A DNA stretch of 64,000 nt from Callorhinchus milii (GCF_018977255.1 NW_024704743.1:114578001-114642000), one strand, 5' to 3'; positions 1 through 11,219 are shown, counted from the first letter of the stretch. A program made the numbers and translations. Notes: a model not told the origin generated them from the letters alone.

Positions 1-358
1 TGACAGGTCCCTCCCTCCCTCCTGCTGATTGACAGGTCGCTCCCTCCCACTGATTGACAGGTCCCTCCCTCCCACTGATTGACAGGTCCCTCCCTCCCAC
101 TGATTGACAGGTCCCTCCCTCCCACTGATTGACAGGTCCCTCCCTCCCACTGATTGACAGGTCCCTCCCTCCCACTGATTGACAGGTCCCCTCCCTCCCA
201 CTGATTGACAGGTCCCTCCCTCCTGCTGATTGACAGGTCCCCTCACTCCCGCTGATTGACAGGTCCCCCCCTCACTCCCGCTGATTGACATGTCCCATCA
301 TTCCTGCTGATTGACAGGTCCCTCCCTCACTCCCGCTGATTGACAGGTCCCTCCCTCC
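1..358. repeat. 25-bp minisatellite, unit TGATTGACAGGTCCCTCCCTCCCAC, about 14 copies, truncated by the window start
   Basis: Unit starts at 26, 51, 76, 101, 126, 151, 176, 202, 227, 253, 282, 308 and 337. Confidence 0.97.
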
Positions 359-859
359 CGGGCTGCAGCAAGAGGCAGGGCTGTGCGGCTTGTTTGGTCG
401 CAGGGATGATATGGGGGAGGGGAGGATGGGGGTTAGGTGGAGGAGAACGTTAAGTGAACCATCCCTGCTTTTCTCAATCAATGCTGCGGCTTCAGTTACG
501 TTGGGCCAAAGAGAGACATCTATCAGTGAGGAGCATTGCAATTCATTGCTCAGCCGAATATTTAATAGTTTGCATTTTTTTCCCAATCGTTTTATAGGGC
601 TGTACATCCCCAGCAGGATTCTCATTAATAATCGTTACGTACAGGACTTGTTTCTTTCTGCAGTGGGTGAATTTGCTGGTTACTATCCTGAACCACTTGA
701 CTGAAGTGCTTGATGTGTATATTAAAAGAGGGGGAAATCGGACCATACGGCATTTCCTCTGTGGCAGGCTGCATGATAAATTGATTGCTTGGGTACAGGG
801 ATGGCTGAACAATAACAACTACTTGCACTATATATAAAATCCTTGCGTTGTCACTCCCA

Positions 860-1056
860 GCTGTGACAAATGTTGAAACTTATCACCACGCTTAACAGTA
901 TCCAAACCAAACAGAGTTGCAAGCGTGCCACCTACACATGGAAATTCCCGCATCTGGAATGGTATCTGCCCTCTCTTGCAGGAGGACTCGCTCTACTTAC
1001 TTAATTGCAGAGAGTGTTAGGCCTCGGTTGCCAAGGCTAAGGGGCCCCAGAGTGTT
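860..1056 (-). mobile_element. Fragment of an old dispersed repeat (3' body of the LF-SINE-like element at 26286-27010)
   Basis: Aligns by eye with about 2995-3169 (shared CCACCTACACATGGAAATTC) and with 26286-26336 plus 26666-26710. Confidence 0.65.
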
Positions 1057-1180
1057 TCCCTGTTTCAGTTTCCCTGTGATATGGATTTACTGTAAAATGT
1101 AATGACTGTATATTTTATAAAGGCAGTGAAAGCTTGTTGCTGCCCAGGAAATGCCCCCTTAAGACCTTAATTTTGTCAGG

Positions 1181-1400
1181 ATAATAATAATTCTTGCATT
1201 TGATATAATACCTTGGATACAGCAAATTCCCACAAACAGCCGTGAAATGAATGGGCAGTTTTATTTGGGCGATTGTTGGCCAGGATACTGGGAGAAACTC
1301 CCTTCTCTTTTCGTTTAGTGTTGTGGGATCTTGAACATTTACTTGAACAGGCAAACAGGATATCAGTTTAATATCTCATCCGAAGGCCGGTCCTCTGAGA
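1181..1400 (-). mobile_element. Deu-domain SINE fragment with (ATT)n tail
   Basis: Reverse complement contains GGATGAGATATTAAACTG...AAGATCCCA...GGGAGTTTCTCCC.GT.TCCTGGCCAAC, the Deu core as recalled from AmnSINE1/SacSINE1. Confidence 0.75.
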
Positions 1401-1705
1401 CATTGCTGTATGCGAATTGGCTGCTGTCTTTGCCTATAAAATACACAGTCACTAGACTTTACAAGAAATCCTGTAAAGTGCTTTGAGATGTCCTCCAAAC
1501 GGGAAAGGCATTACAACAAACATCAACACTATTTAAGCGGATTTATTTCTACAGATTTTGCACCTAGTATCAGCAACGATCACTTTCATGGAGGTTATGA
1601 ACTATGACTAAAAATAATAATCCTTACATTTGAAATGGCACCTTTCACAGAACATCTCAAAGTCCTTCACAGGATACACTGTAAAGTGAAGTGAATGTGT
1701 ATCTG

Positions 1706-2575
1706 ATAATAAATAATAATCCTTGCATTTGATGTAGCGCCTTATCACGTCTTCGAGACGTCTCAAAGCGCTTCACAGAATATACTATAAAGTGAATTGA
1801 CTATATTTTGTGGGCGAAATGTGGCAGCCAATTGCGCTCAGCAGTGTCCCACAAACAGTCATGGATGGAAGTGACCAAGTTAATATTTTTTTTGTAGGAA
1901 TTATTAGCTCCGGAAAAGCGATCCGCCAATTGACTAACAACCGGGTTCCTATTTACTGCTAGGTAAACAACAACAACAACAACAACAAGATTCCATTTAT
2001 AACGCTCCTTTCACGTCAGGAGGACGTCCCAAGGTGCTGCACAGTTGGGTCATGACCCGAGCAGGGGGGAAATGGTCAGGGTGAGGGGAGGGAAGGGAGG
2101 GAGCGAGGAGGGGGAAATGGTCAGGGTGAGGGGAGGGAAGGGAGGGAGCAAGGAGGGGGAAGAGAGTCGAGAGGGGAGCTGAAGGCTCGGTCAAAGAGAA
2201 AGGTTTTGAGACCGGCCTTGAAGGAGGAAAGGGAGGAGGCGGCGAAGGCACTGGGGGATGGAGTTCCAGAGCCTCGGGGCTGAGAGGCTGAAGGCCCGAC
2301 CACCGATGGTAGGGCGGTTGGGGCGGGGGACGTGGAGCAGACCGGAGCCAGAGGAACGGAGGGTACGGGCAGGTAGGTAGGGGGATAGTAGGTTGGAGAG
2401 GTAGGAGGGAGCAAGGCCGTGAATGGCCTTGTAGGTGAGGATGAGGATCTTGAAATCAAGAAAACAGAAATGTGTGGAGTAAAGAAACTTGCCCAATGTT
2501 TCGTCCTGCCGGGAATCAAACCCAGGTCTCTCACTTGTGAGGCGAGTGCTCTAACCACTGAGCTACAGGACTCCA
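1706..2575 (-). mobile_element. Full-length tRNA-derived SINE split by an L2 insertion at 1970-2460
   Basis: Head TGGAGTCCTGTAGCTCAGTGGTTAGAGC...GGTTTGATTCCC (A and B boxes) at 2575-2510. The body resumes at 1969. Tail AAATGCAAGG(ATT)n. Confidence 0.92.
1970..2460 (-). mobile_element. Young L2-derived 3' element (about 490 bp) with (GTT)n tail
   Basis: Encodes DFKILILTYKAIHGLAPSYLSNLL...GGRAFS.SAPRLWNSIP, the L2 ORF2 C-terminus. AAACA flanks both sides. Confidence 0.93.
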
Positions 2576-3169
2576 CATTTTGTAGATGAACAATTCGTAA
2601 TGAATTGGGGTTTGTAGATGTATGCCCACTGGGAATTGCATTGATATTGCTCGAAGTTTACAGCTAGAATATTAGCTGCATATATAATAAAGCATACATC
2701 CCAGGGTTGGGAGGACAGATTAACCTGCTGCACTAACCGTCCTTTAATTGGGTGACTTTTAAAACAATAGTCATTATTATATTAATGAACCATTTAATAT
2801 TAGTTAATAATTAATGAACAAAGCCCAGAAAAACCCAGAGAATGAGTAATCTCTCAGCTTCTTTCACTGCAGGACACATTCCAACCAGCACACACGGGTA
2901 AGGAAGGAATCTGACACATGGGATTGCAAAATCATTAAATTAAATGTTACATCTCTTGGACAATTGCTAGATTTCTGTTAATTGAACGTGCGCCTGACAC
3001 ATGCAGCTACTACCTATCACCAAATAAAAATAACTAAGAGTACCCAAATCAAGCAGAGTTCCATGCATCCCACCTACACATGGAAATTCGATAGACATTT
3101 ATTGAAATGGAATGCACATGGTCCTCTCTGGAGAGATGTATCCTGTTTACCTAATTCCGGAGAGTATTA

Positions 3170-4422
3170 CAACAACAACAACAACAAATTACACTTGCAA
3201 AGCACTCTTCATGTTAGAAGGACATCCCAGGGCGCTGGACAGTCAGAGGTTTTTGAACCCGAGCTGGGAGTTGGGGTCAGGAGGGTGGAGGGCAGGGGGT
3301 GTCAGGGTGACCAAAGGCACCGAAGAAGGTCTTTAGACGAGACGTGAAGGAGGCAAGAGATGGGTGAGGCGGATAGAGTTCCAGAGTGTGGGGAGAGAGA
3401 TGCTGAATGCCCAACTGCCAATGATGGGCTGGAAGTGCGGGAGACCTGAAGCAGGCTGGTATCCACCGAGCGGAGGGAGCAGACAGGCTGTTATGCAGTT
3501 AGGAGGTTGGAGAGATAGGAAGTAGCAAGACCATGGAGGGTTTTGAAGGTCAGAACAAGGGTTTTGTACTCGATTCCCTTAGGGATAGGATGCCAGTGAA
3601 GCCAGGCAAGAACGGGAGTGATAGGTTCATGAAGCCTGGTGCAGGAGAGGGCACGGGCTGCAGAGTTCTGAATAATCTGCATCTTGTGGAGGGAAGAGGT
3701 GGGAAGTCCAGCGAGCAAGCAAATGGCCTAGTCAAGCTAGGACATGGTGAGAACATGGATCAGGGTCTCGATGGCCTGCGGTGAGATGCAGGGGAGGAGG
3801 GGGGCAATGTTGTGGAGATGGTGAAAGATGAAACAAGTCACAGCACAATTGTGGGATTTGAAGGATAGCTGAGGGTCAAAAAGGTCAAGAAGGTTTCATA
3901 TTAGCTCGGTAAGGTGAAGAGTGCAGCTATGAATAGTGCTAATATCAGCAGCTGAGGTACGGAGATACTGCCGGGAGCCAAGCAGGAGGGTCTCTGTCTT
4001 GCCAATATTGAACTGGAGGAAGTTGGCTCTCGTCCAGGATTTGATGTCAGACAGACAATTTGCCAGGACATCAACGGTCCTGGAGTTGAGGGTAGAGGCA
4101 GCGAGATACGAGTTAGGTGTCATCTGCATACATGTGGAAATTGACGCCATGCCTGTGGATGAAATCGCCGAGTGGGAGCATGTATAGATTGAAGAGGAGG
4201 GACCGAGGGCAGAGCCCTGAGAGACCACCACACATGACAATGCGGGGACTAGAGGAGAAGCCGTTGGTGGACATTAAGTGCAAACGTTGGGAAAGGCAGG
4301 GTTGGAACCAGGCAAGGACAGAACCATTGAGGTGGAAGTGAGAGAAGACGTGGTGGAGAAGAAGTGGTCGACAGTATCGAAAGCGTCGAGAGGTCAAGAA
4401 GGACAAGGAGCAAGTTGTCAAG
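3170..4422 (-). mobile_element. Degenerate 5'-truncated L2 LINE (RT to 3' end)
   Basis: Fragments [27 protein letters not shown] and QIIQNSAARAL in shifted frames, plus a (GTT)n tail. Confidence 0.92.
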
Positions 4423-4822
4423 AGCCAGAGGGCGTGTTGGGGACTGTTAAAGTCTAACCAGCTAAAACCGCATAACTTGAATTTTTATTCATCTCATTGG
4501 TTCAGTATTAGGAGAGTTTTTTCAGTAGCTAATCAATGATTAGCACAGATCATACTGATGCAGTATAAAATAAATTCTACAAATGAATTAAATCCATTTG
4601 TTCCTGATTCACAATTTATAAAATATTCATAATATCACAACCTGAATCTTGTTTTGTCCAGTCTTGTGAAGCACTGAGATCAGCAAATTTTGGTAGCGAC
4701 CCTGTGAAATGGTCTGAGATATCACCCTACAAGAAGGGTGCGATATAATTCCAAGTTCTTAGATTTACTGAAGCTTATTTTACTCTTTGATGTTTTTTAA
4801 AGGAGTGGACATTGAACTGAAA

Positions 4823-5312
4823 CAACAACAGGGTAGAGTCCCAGAGCACTTGTCAGTGGTGGAGCACGACACTGGGATATACGTTTTATTATGTATGCAG
4901 CCAAGAACTGTAGATGGAGAAGAAGGAGCAAGGTGGAGGGATTGAGGGAGAGGGTGTTCCAGAGTTTTGGAGAGCAGTGGCTGAAAGCTTGGCCACCAAT
5001 CGTGGAACGGAGAGACAAGCAGGAGGCTGGAGCCAGATAAACCTTTTAATTTATGGCTAAACGGGGAGTTTGGTGCTCCTGGAGTGGTCTGGAATCCAGA
5101 ACGCAGCTATGCTCCAGCAATTCAGAAATAACAACAGCAACAAGAGATTACATTTGTATAGCTCCTTTCTCATCAGGAGGATTTTCCAAGATGCTGGACA
5201 GTCACAGATCCGCACCCGAGCTGATGATCGGGATCAGGAAGGGTGGAGGGCAGGGAGGGTAGGGGTAGGAGGGTAACCGAAGGCACGGTCAAAAAGGGTC
5301 TTGAGACAGCTA
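4823..5312 (-). mobile_element. Two short degraded L2 3'-end fragments (about 4823-5035 and 5128-5312)
   Basis: TIGGQAFSHCSPKLWNTL motif and L2-type tails. Confidence 0.7.
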
Positions 5313-5827
5313 GGGGAAATAAGAAAGGAATAAACATCTTCACGGACGCGTGAGGTATGTTTTCAAAGTGGCAATAACCGAGTCTCTGGAGAGACAAGTG
5401 ATGTCTACGGTATTTGGCTGACCATACAGCATCATGAGGGGAACCATCCCTTCATTAATTGTGGTGCCGCTGAAGAGAAACGAAGAGCAGCCTGAGTCAC
5501 AGAACACGAGGAGACAGAGGAGTGGAAGGAAGGGGAAACAAATGCTCTAAATAACCAAAAATAAAATAAAAATATAAACTACAGATTACAAAAAGAGATG
5601 AAATTAACAGGATCAAAATAAAAACGGGGAAGAGACAAATAGGAGAGAAACAATTGTTTGAAAATAGCGAGAGGGAGAGTCCCTGAGGGTGCTGACACTA
5701 TAACATTCAGCACTACTTCACTGCTGCTAAACATCCCAACTTTGTATCGTACCATTGTTCAGTAAGAAAATATACATCACACGGAAGCGTTGATAGTTTT
5801 CAACTACTTTATAAAATGAGATAATAT

Positions 5828-5833
5828 TTTATT
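5828..5833 (-). terminator. Candidate polyadenylation signal AATAAA
   Basis: The plus strand reads TTTATT here, at the distal edge of the repeat-poor AT-rich block. Confidence 0.4.
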
Positions 5834-7074
5834 ACAAAACTAGGCTTTTGAAACCGCAGCTGATTCTACATGCAAGTTCATATGATTAGAGATACTGCAC
5901 TGAGCACATTTTACTTTTAAGCATCAGATAAATCTGTTGCAGTAATATAAAAATTGATACAGTACGTACGGAGAGATGAAATTCAAATCAGAAAGAAAAA
6001 TTTGACATGATTTTGTTTTAAATACAATATAACAATCACTGCAACAGATATTTAATATTAAATGCGAGATTAAATAGTCAGTATAACTTAATATAAGTTC
6101 GACAGATATTTTCATGGCATACTACATTTAGATATTTACAAAAAGTATTTCTAAAGGAATATAGGTATGAGATTATAATTTGCTAAGGGAAAAAAAACAT
6201 TTAAAATATAAGACATGCTAAATGATTGATGTACCAATATTGTTATGTAAATGTATATATAACAAGGAAGCATGTCAGACACATCCATGCCCCAATAGCA
6301 GACAGTTGTCAAGTCATCCAAGCTTTCTCTTCAGTCATATGGTTCATAAGACTCTGAACCTTCCCATAATAAGTTATCATGATGGCTTTATCCAATAATG
6401 CACCATGCGGCTGTAATAAAATCAACCATTCAAAGTTATTCACAAACAAAACGTGGATAACTTACAAATTAGTTACATGCTACAAAAAAAAGTGACAGAA
6501 CATTAAATGAACACAAAAATGATCTGCATTATATATTTTGCTGTTATTTAGTACGGACTGTACATTTTGTAACTGTAATGGAAGCAGCGATAATAAAAAA
6601 ACTCTTATTTATAATTTAATCTGTAAAAAAGTGAAATAGAATTTGCTATATTAAAATTTATAATTTTTGCATTGTAGTGTATCTAGCGGTTGAAAGCTTT
6701 CACTCTAAGCTTCAAGAGAAATGGTGTCTGAATTTTACCAATCATTTTTGTTTAGTATTTTTAAACAATTTTGGAAAAATCTCAGTTAATGTTCTAATTT
6801 TTCGCAACTCTAAAATAGTTTAAACTATCTGACAAATATTCCTCTAAGTAATAAGAAAGAAGATCTTCTGTTCGCATGTATTTTCTCTACACACCAGTGA
6901 ATATTCCTTCTAAGCCTTTTCCATGTCATTACATGTGATGCACGACTCTCTCTCCATGGCACATACTGCATAACCTCCCCTCAGGATACTCTTAGTTTTT
7001 GGCACAAGAATGCAGCTGTACTCAACGAAAAATACAATTACAACAAACCAATAGCTAAAAAAACAATGTACAGG

Positions 7075-7435
7075 ATTGCTCGCCTCAATGGCTTAGTTTG
7101 TAAAACATGTGCCAAGTGTGAAATGAAACCAAACGACTTTGGAAGATTCAATTCAGAGTCTGTGCTGAGTTGGCTAATTGCAGCCACACAGAGAGTGTTG
7201 CTACAATTGGTTTTAGGATCCCTGGGTTAGAGAGGAAAGTAGCAGTCAGTGTTTATTTACCTTTCTGAATTGAGCCGTGCATGTATTTGGATATCGGTTA
7301 AGAACATGATTGGGTAACTTGTGATGCCATCCACAGTTGAACAGTATGTGAAGATTGCCTATCTATGTTCACACAGGAAGAATAGCCAGTTCAACAAGAT
7401 ATTGGGAGTCTCATGTGGATCCTTCCCTCAGCACC
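7075..7435 (+). mobile_element. Ancient tRNA-derived SINE (AmnSINE2-like by recollection) inside the putative 3' UTR
   Basis: GTCTGTGCTGAGTTGGCTAAT...GCTACAATTGG...CCCTGGGTTAG...TGTGATGCCATCCACAGTTGAA...TCACACAGGAAGAATAGCCA. A second diverged copy lies at about 38150-38425. Confidence 0.6.
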
Positions 7436-9227
7436 TTAATGTGGTATTGGACAATGAGATCTTTAAATTTCCACGCAATTCATATGTGGTGAAAAAACCT
7501 CCGTTTCACAATAGGTTTTAATGTCATATCACATAAATGGGTAGCAATTCCACCCGGGTTTAGATGTACTCTATTAAAGAAGTATTTCAAAACGTTCAGA
7601 ATTTATCAAATTCTTAAAACAGTCATCACTTTGAAGTTGGTTTTCTTTAAGTTTATTCTAAGAACTGCAGAAAACGAGCTTCAGTATTAAAACTGAACTC
7701 AACAGTTTACTGAATTCTGCACTCTGCAAAGCTACCGGTGGAATTTTACTCACACAAATCTGCTATGAAAAGTTGCATTTTTCACGTCAATGGGTGCATT
7801 CTGGTGAACAGCACTGAACTAGATATAAGCGTGTGTTAGCCCTTTGTGTATATGTGTGCATGTGGGATGGGAAGTGGGGGTGAGAGGCACCAAGTTTCTA
7901 CCTGTCTGGAACAGTTTCTGCCAGTTTCTGTTCTAAAATAGCATCTCTATCTCATCACATACATTCATCTGGAAAACACATGAAAACAGGTATTTTTGTA
8001 AAATTGCACTGCACCAAAATTGCTGGGGAAAATAACAGTTGAGACACACACGTAGAAGCTGGTAAGAGCATGATTCAAATCTTAAACAGTATTTTTGCTA
8101 GTTTTACGCTAAAACATAAGTCCTGAGTAAATGTTATCCAATATTTTCAGTAATATACAAATGTAAATGTTGTCTCAATCAAATTTCAAGATAATCTTCC
8201 ATTCATAGCAGGAAATGGCAACCTTTTGTAACTGAGAATTTAGATTTTTTTAATACAAATTCACTCTTGCATATCTAAATATGTACAGAGCAAAAAGTAT
8301 CCTGCAAAAAAAATTCTTCTAACACTTTCCTATTTTGCCATGTGGGTCTCTGGGGTCACATTTGTAGTGTTTCACAACAGATTCAAAGTGATAATTATCA
8401 ATCACCGCAAGTTTCAACCCAGTATGAGAATTTTCATCACTTTTCTCAGTCCACGTATAAAAATGGAATTTTAAAAAATCTTTTTACACCAAACTAAAGA
8501 ACAAATTGATCTGCTTATCATATACAAAATAAAATGTCAAGGAGATTGGTGGAAGGCTATAACACAAATCTCAGCATCACATAGCATTTATAAAGCCCTC
8601 CAGCATTGCTCCAGTGTTATATCATGTTCTTTTAACCTCTCAATATTACATATTGCAGGCTTATCATACGCCTTTCACCATCTGTAAACTGCTTAGTGTG
8701 AAATCTGACTGTGTTGTGCACTTGTTAGTGTTCCTATGCATGATAATAACTAGCTAGAGATTGCTCTTAAATAGGAAGCTGTTCAAATATACAAAACTGT
8801 ATCAACACATTATGCTTTAAAAAATATATGGAAAGGTAAAGGTGGAAAGATCATTACAGTTCAAGCTAAAGCAGAACTGCTTAAACTGGTTAATAAAATA
8901 ATTTCTTTTTATGCTTTGTAAATTTACTCTAAACAAATTTAATTACATTTATAGTTATCAGAAATACTTATTAAAATGCAACCCTAATATAAGGCTGGAC
9001 CACTGTTCAGTGTGGTAAAGAGGAAGCACTTCTTCCCGTTGATCAAATGCCGAAGGTTTATCGTTGTATACTTCATTCAGGCAACACATCATTTTACCAG
9101 CCTGTTCGAGCTGCATCTCATCAGCAAGCCAGGATGATGCCATTAGTTAGAATAGAAACGGCCTTTGCTGTTATTGAAGAGTTTCTCACTGAGAGTCTGT
9201 GCGTTATGTACAAGGCAGAAGAAGTCT

Positions 9228-9270
9228 TCATGAGTCTCCATCAGGCGGTGGCTGACATAGCTTGTACAAT
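9228..9270 (-). CDS. PREX2: PREX2 terminal coding exon: LYKLCQPPPDGDS* (TGA at 9230-9228)
   Basis: ttcccactag|ATTGTACAAGCTATGTCAGCCACCGCCTGATGGAGACTCATGA. Completes the AG|A Arg codon and matches the P-Rex C-terminus LYxLCxPP. Confidence 0.93.
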
Positions 9271-9580
9271 CTAGTGGGAACAGATGGCAAATATTACACC
9301 AAGAATGGTCTAAGTGCATCAGCTTTGTTGAAGATTCACTGCTGAGCACTCGCAGAGAATAAACAGGAATCCTATGTAGTTCAATCAATTTCTCTAATCG
9401 GTTGCTGCACATTAGAGCCACTGCTCAGTGAAGATGATTCAATACTGTAAAAGCTTCAATGCTACCAAAGAAATAGCTACTTACCTTAGCAATTAAATCA
9501 CAAAGTATTAACAAAGGGGGCCTTGGGATGCACGCATTAAACATTGGACTTGTATGTCTGGAATCCAGGCACAATTCCAG

Positions 9581-10730
9581 CCCTGGTTCGATTCCTATCT
9601 CTCTCACCGTCTCCACTTTGTTGCCTCTAACGGTTTCTCCTCCAGCCCCCGCACTGTCACGTCTGGCGTCCCCCAGGGCTCGGTCCTTGGCCCTCTCCTC
9701 TTTAATATCTACATGCTCCCCCTTGGTGACATCATCTGCAAACACAGGATCAACTTCCACATGTATGCGGATGACACCCAACTCTATCTTTCTGCCTCCA
9801 CCCTCAACTCCAGGACCACTGCTGTCCTGACAGACTGCCTGTCAGACATCAAGTCCTGGATGAGGGTAAATTTCCTACAGTTTAATGTGAACAAGACTGA
9901 GGCCCTCCTGATTGCCCTCTGCACCTCAGGCTCTGGCAACATCAACCTCCATGGTTGCATACTACAACACACCAAGCCAGTCAGGAACCCAGGTGTCTTG
10001 TTCGACCCTCAACTGTCTTTTCTCTCCCACATTCAAGCCATGACCTGCTCTGCCTTCCCTCACCTCCGTAACATCGCCTGACTCCGCCACTATCTCACCC
10101 CTCAGGCCGCTGAAACTCTTGTTCATGCCTTCATCACCTCCAGGCTCGACTATGCAAACACCCTGCTTGTCGGCCTTCCCAACTCCTCCCTCCACAGGCT
10201 GCAGATAATCCGGAACTCTGCAGCCCGTGTCCTCTCCCGCACCAAACTCCATGACCCCATCTCCCCCAACTTTCGCCCGACTCCACTGGCTCCCTATCCT
10301 TCAAAGGATCCAGTTTAAGATCCTGGTCCTCACATACAAAGCCCTCCATGGCCTTGCCCCACCCTACCTCTGCGACCTCCTAACCCCCAACCAACCCGTC
10401 CACTCCTTCCGCTCAGCCGGCTCTGGCCTGCTCCACGTCCCCCGACCCACCTGCTCCACCATTGGCGGGAGAGCCTTCAGCCACTCTGCCCCCAACCTCT
10501 GGAATTCCATCCCCCAATCACTCCGTCTCGGCCCCTCCTTAGCCTCCTTCAAGTCCCGCCTCAAGACCCTCCTCTTTGACCATGCCATCGGCCACCCCCC
10601 TTCCCCTCCCCTCCCTTAACCCCCAACCCCAGCTCAGGTCTGAAATGCTGTATCTGTCCAGCACCTTGGGATGTCCTTCCAATATGAAGGGCACTATACA
10701 AATGTAATCATGTTGTTGTTGTTGTTGTTG
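9581..10730 (+). mobile_element. 5'-truncated L2 LINE (about 1.15 kb) in the last PREX2 intron, antisense to the gene
   Basis: RT motifs [16 protein letters not shown] and [11 protein letters not shown]-terminal LHWLP..RIQFKILVLTYKALHGLAP; an internal stop and frameshifts; (GTT)n tail. Confidence 0.96.
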
Positions 10731-11219
10731 ATTAAGGGGCTGAAGTCCCCTTTGTTGGCTGCAGGGATCTTATGGAAATGAATCCAGTTTCTGGTGGATT
10801 TAGGAACACGGACTTTGATTCTCTCTTACATGTTCGCAGGATAGAAATATCCAGGCTGCCTTCAATCATTGGCTTGAGTTGTTGTACAACAGGTTTTAGG
10901 ACCCTTCCTGTAAAACATACTTCCAACCACTTGGAAAATCCACTATGAATGTATTGGTCGTGCATAAGAAGATAATGTTACCGACCTATAAGTGATCTAT
11001 TTGTTAAGATATGGATTATCTAAGTCAAATACATTTAATAAGTCATGTATTCTAGCAGAGCATTCTTTGACATTGATCCACTTAGTTTTTCAAAATCTTC
11101 AATGGATTTTCACATTGCCAACTTTCACTCAAATTAAAATACAATGCACAACTTTGTGTCTCAACTTCACCATGCAGCATATCAGTAAATGGGTTCAAAT
11201 GCATCACAAAAGCTTTGCA

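Larger units (their letters stand above)
5810..9227 (-). other. PREX2: Probable PREX2 3' UTR (about 3.4 kb; distal end uncertain)
   Basis: AT-rich stretch directly after the stop. It lacks the young L2/SINE copies that fill the introns. AATAAA on the minus strand at 5833-5828, with other candidates near 7252 and 7652. Confidence 0.55.

Noticed and set aside
1..358. CRISPR-like array
   Set aside because: The spacers are near-identical C-rich sequences, there are no cas genes, and the context is vertebrate. It is a minisatellite.
1027..1040. RFX X-box-like GTTGCCAAGGCTAA as a promoter element
   Set aside because: The second half-site is poor and the sequence lies inside the old dispersed repeat.
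2500..2575. tRNA-like sequences here and at 20551, 26665, 41569 and 55596 as real tRNA genes
   Set aside because: There is no complete acceptor stem, the anticodon differs between copies, and each runs into the same SINE body and (ATT)n tail.
9554..10619. Reverse transcriptase ORFs as a functional gene or retron-like system
   Set aside because: It is a 5'-truncated L2 ORF2 with an in-frame stop and frameshifts, no endonuclease domain and a typical L2 tail.
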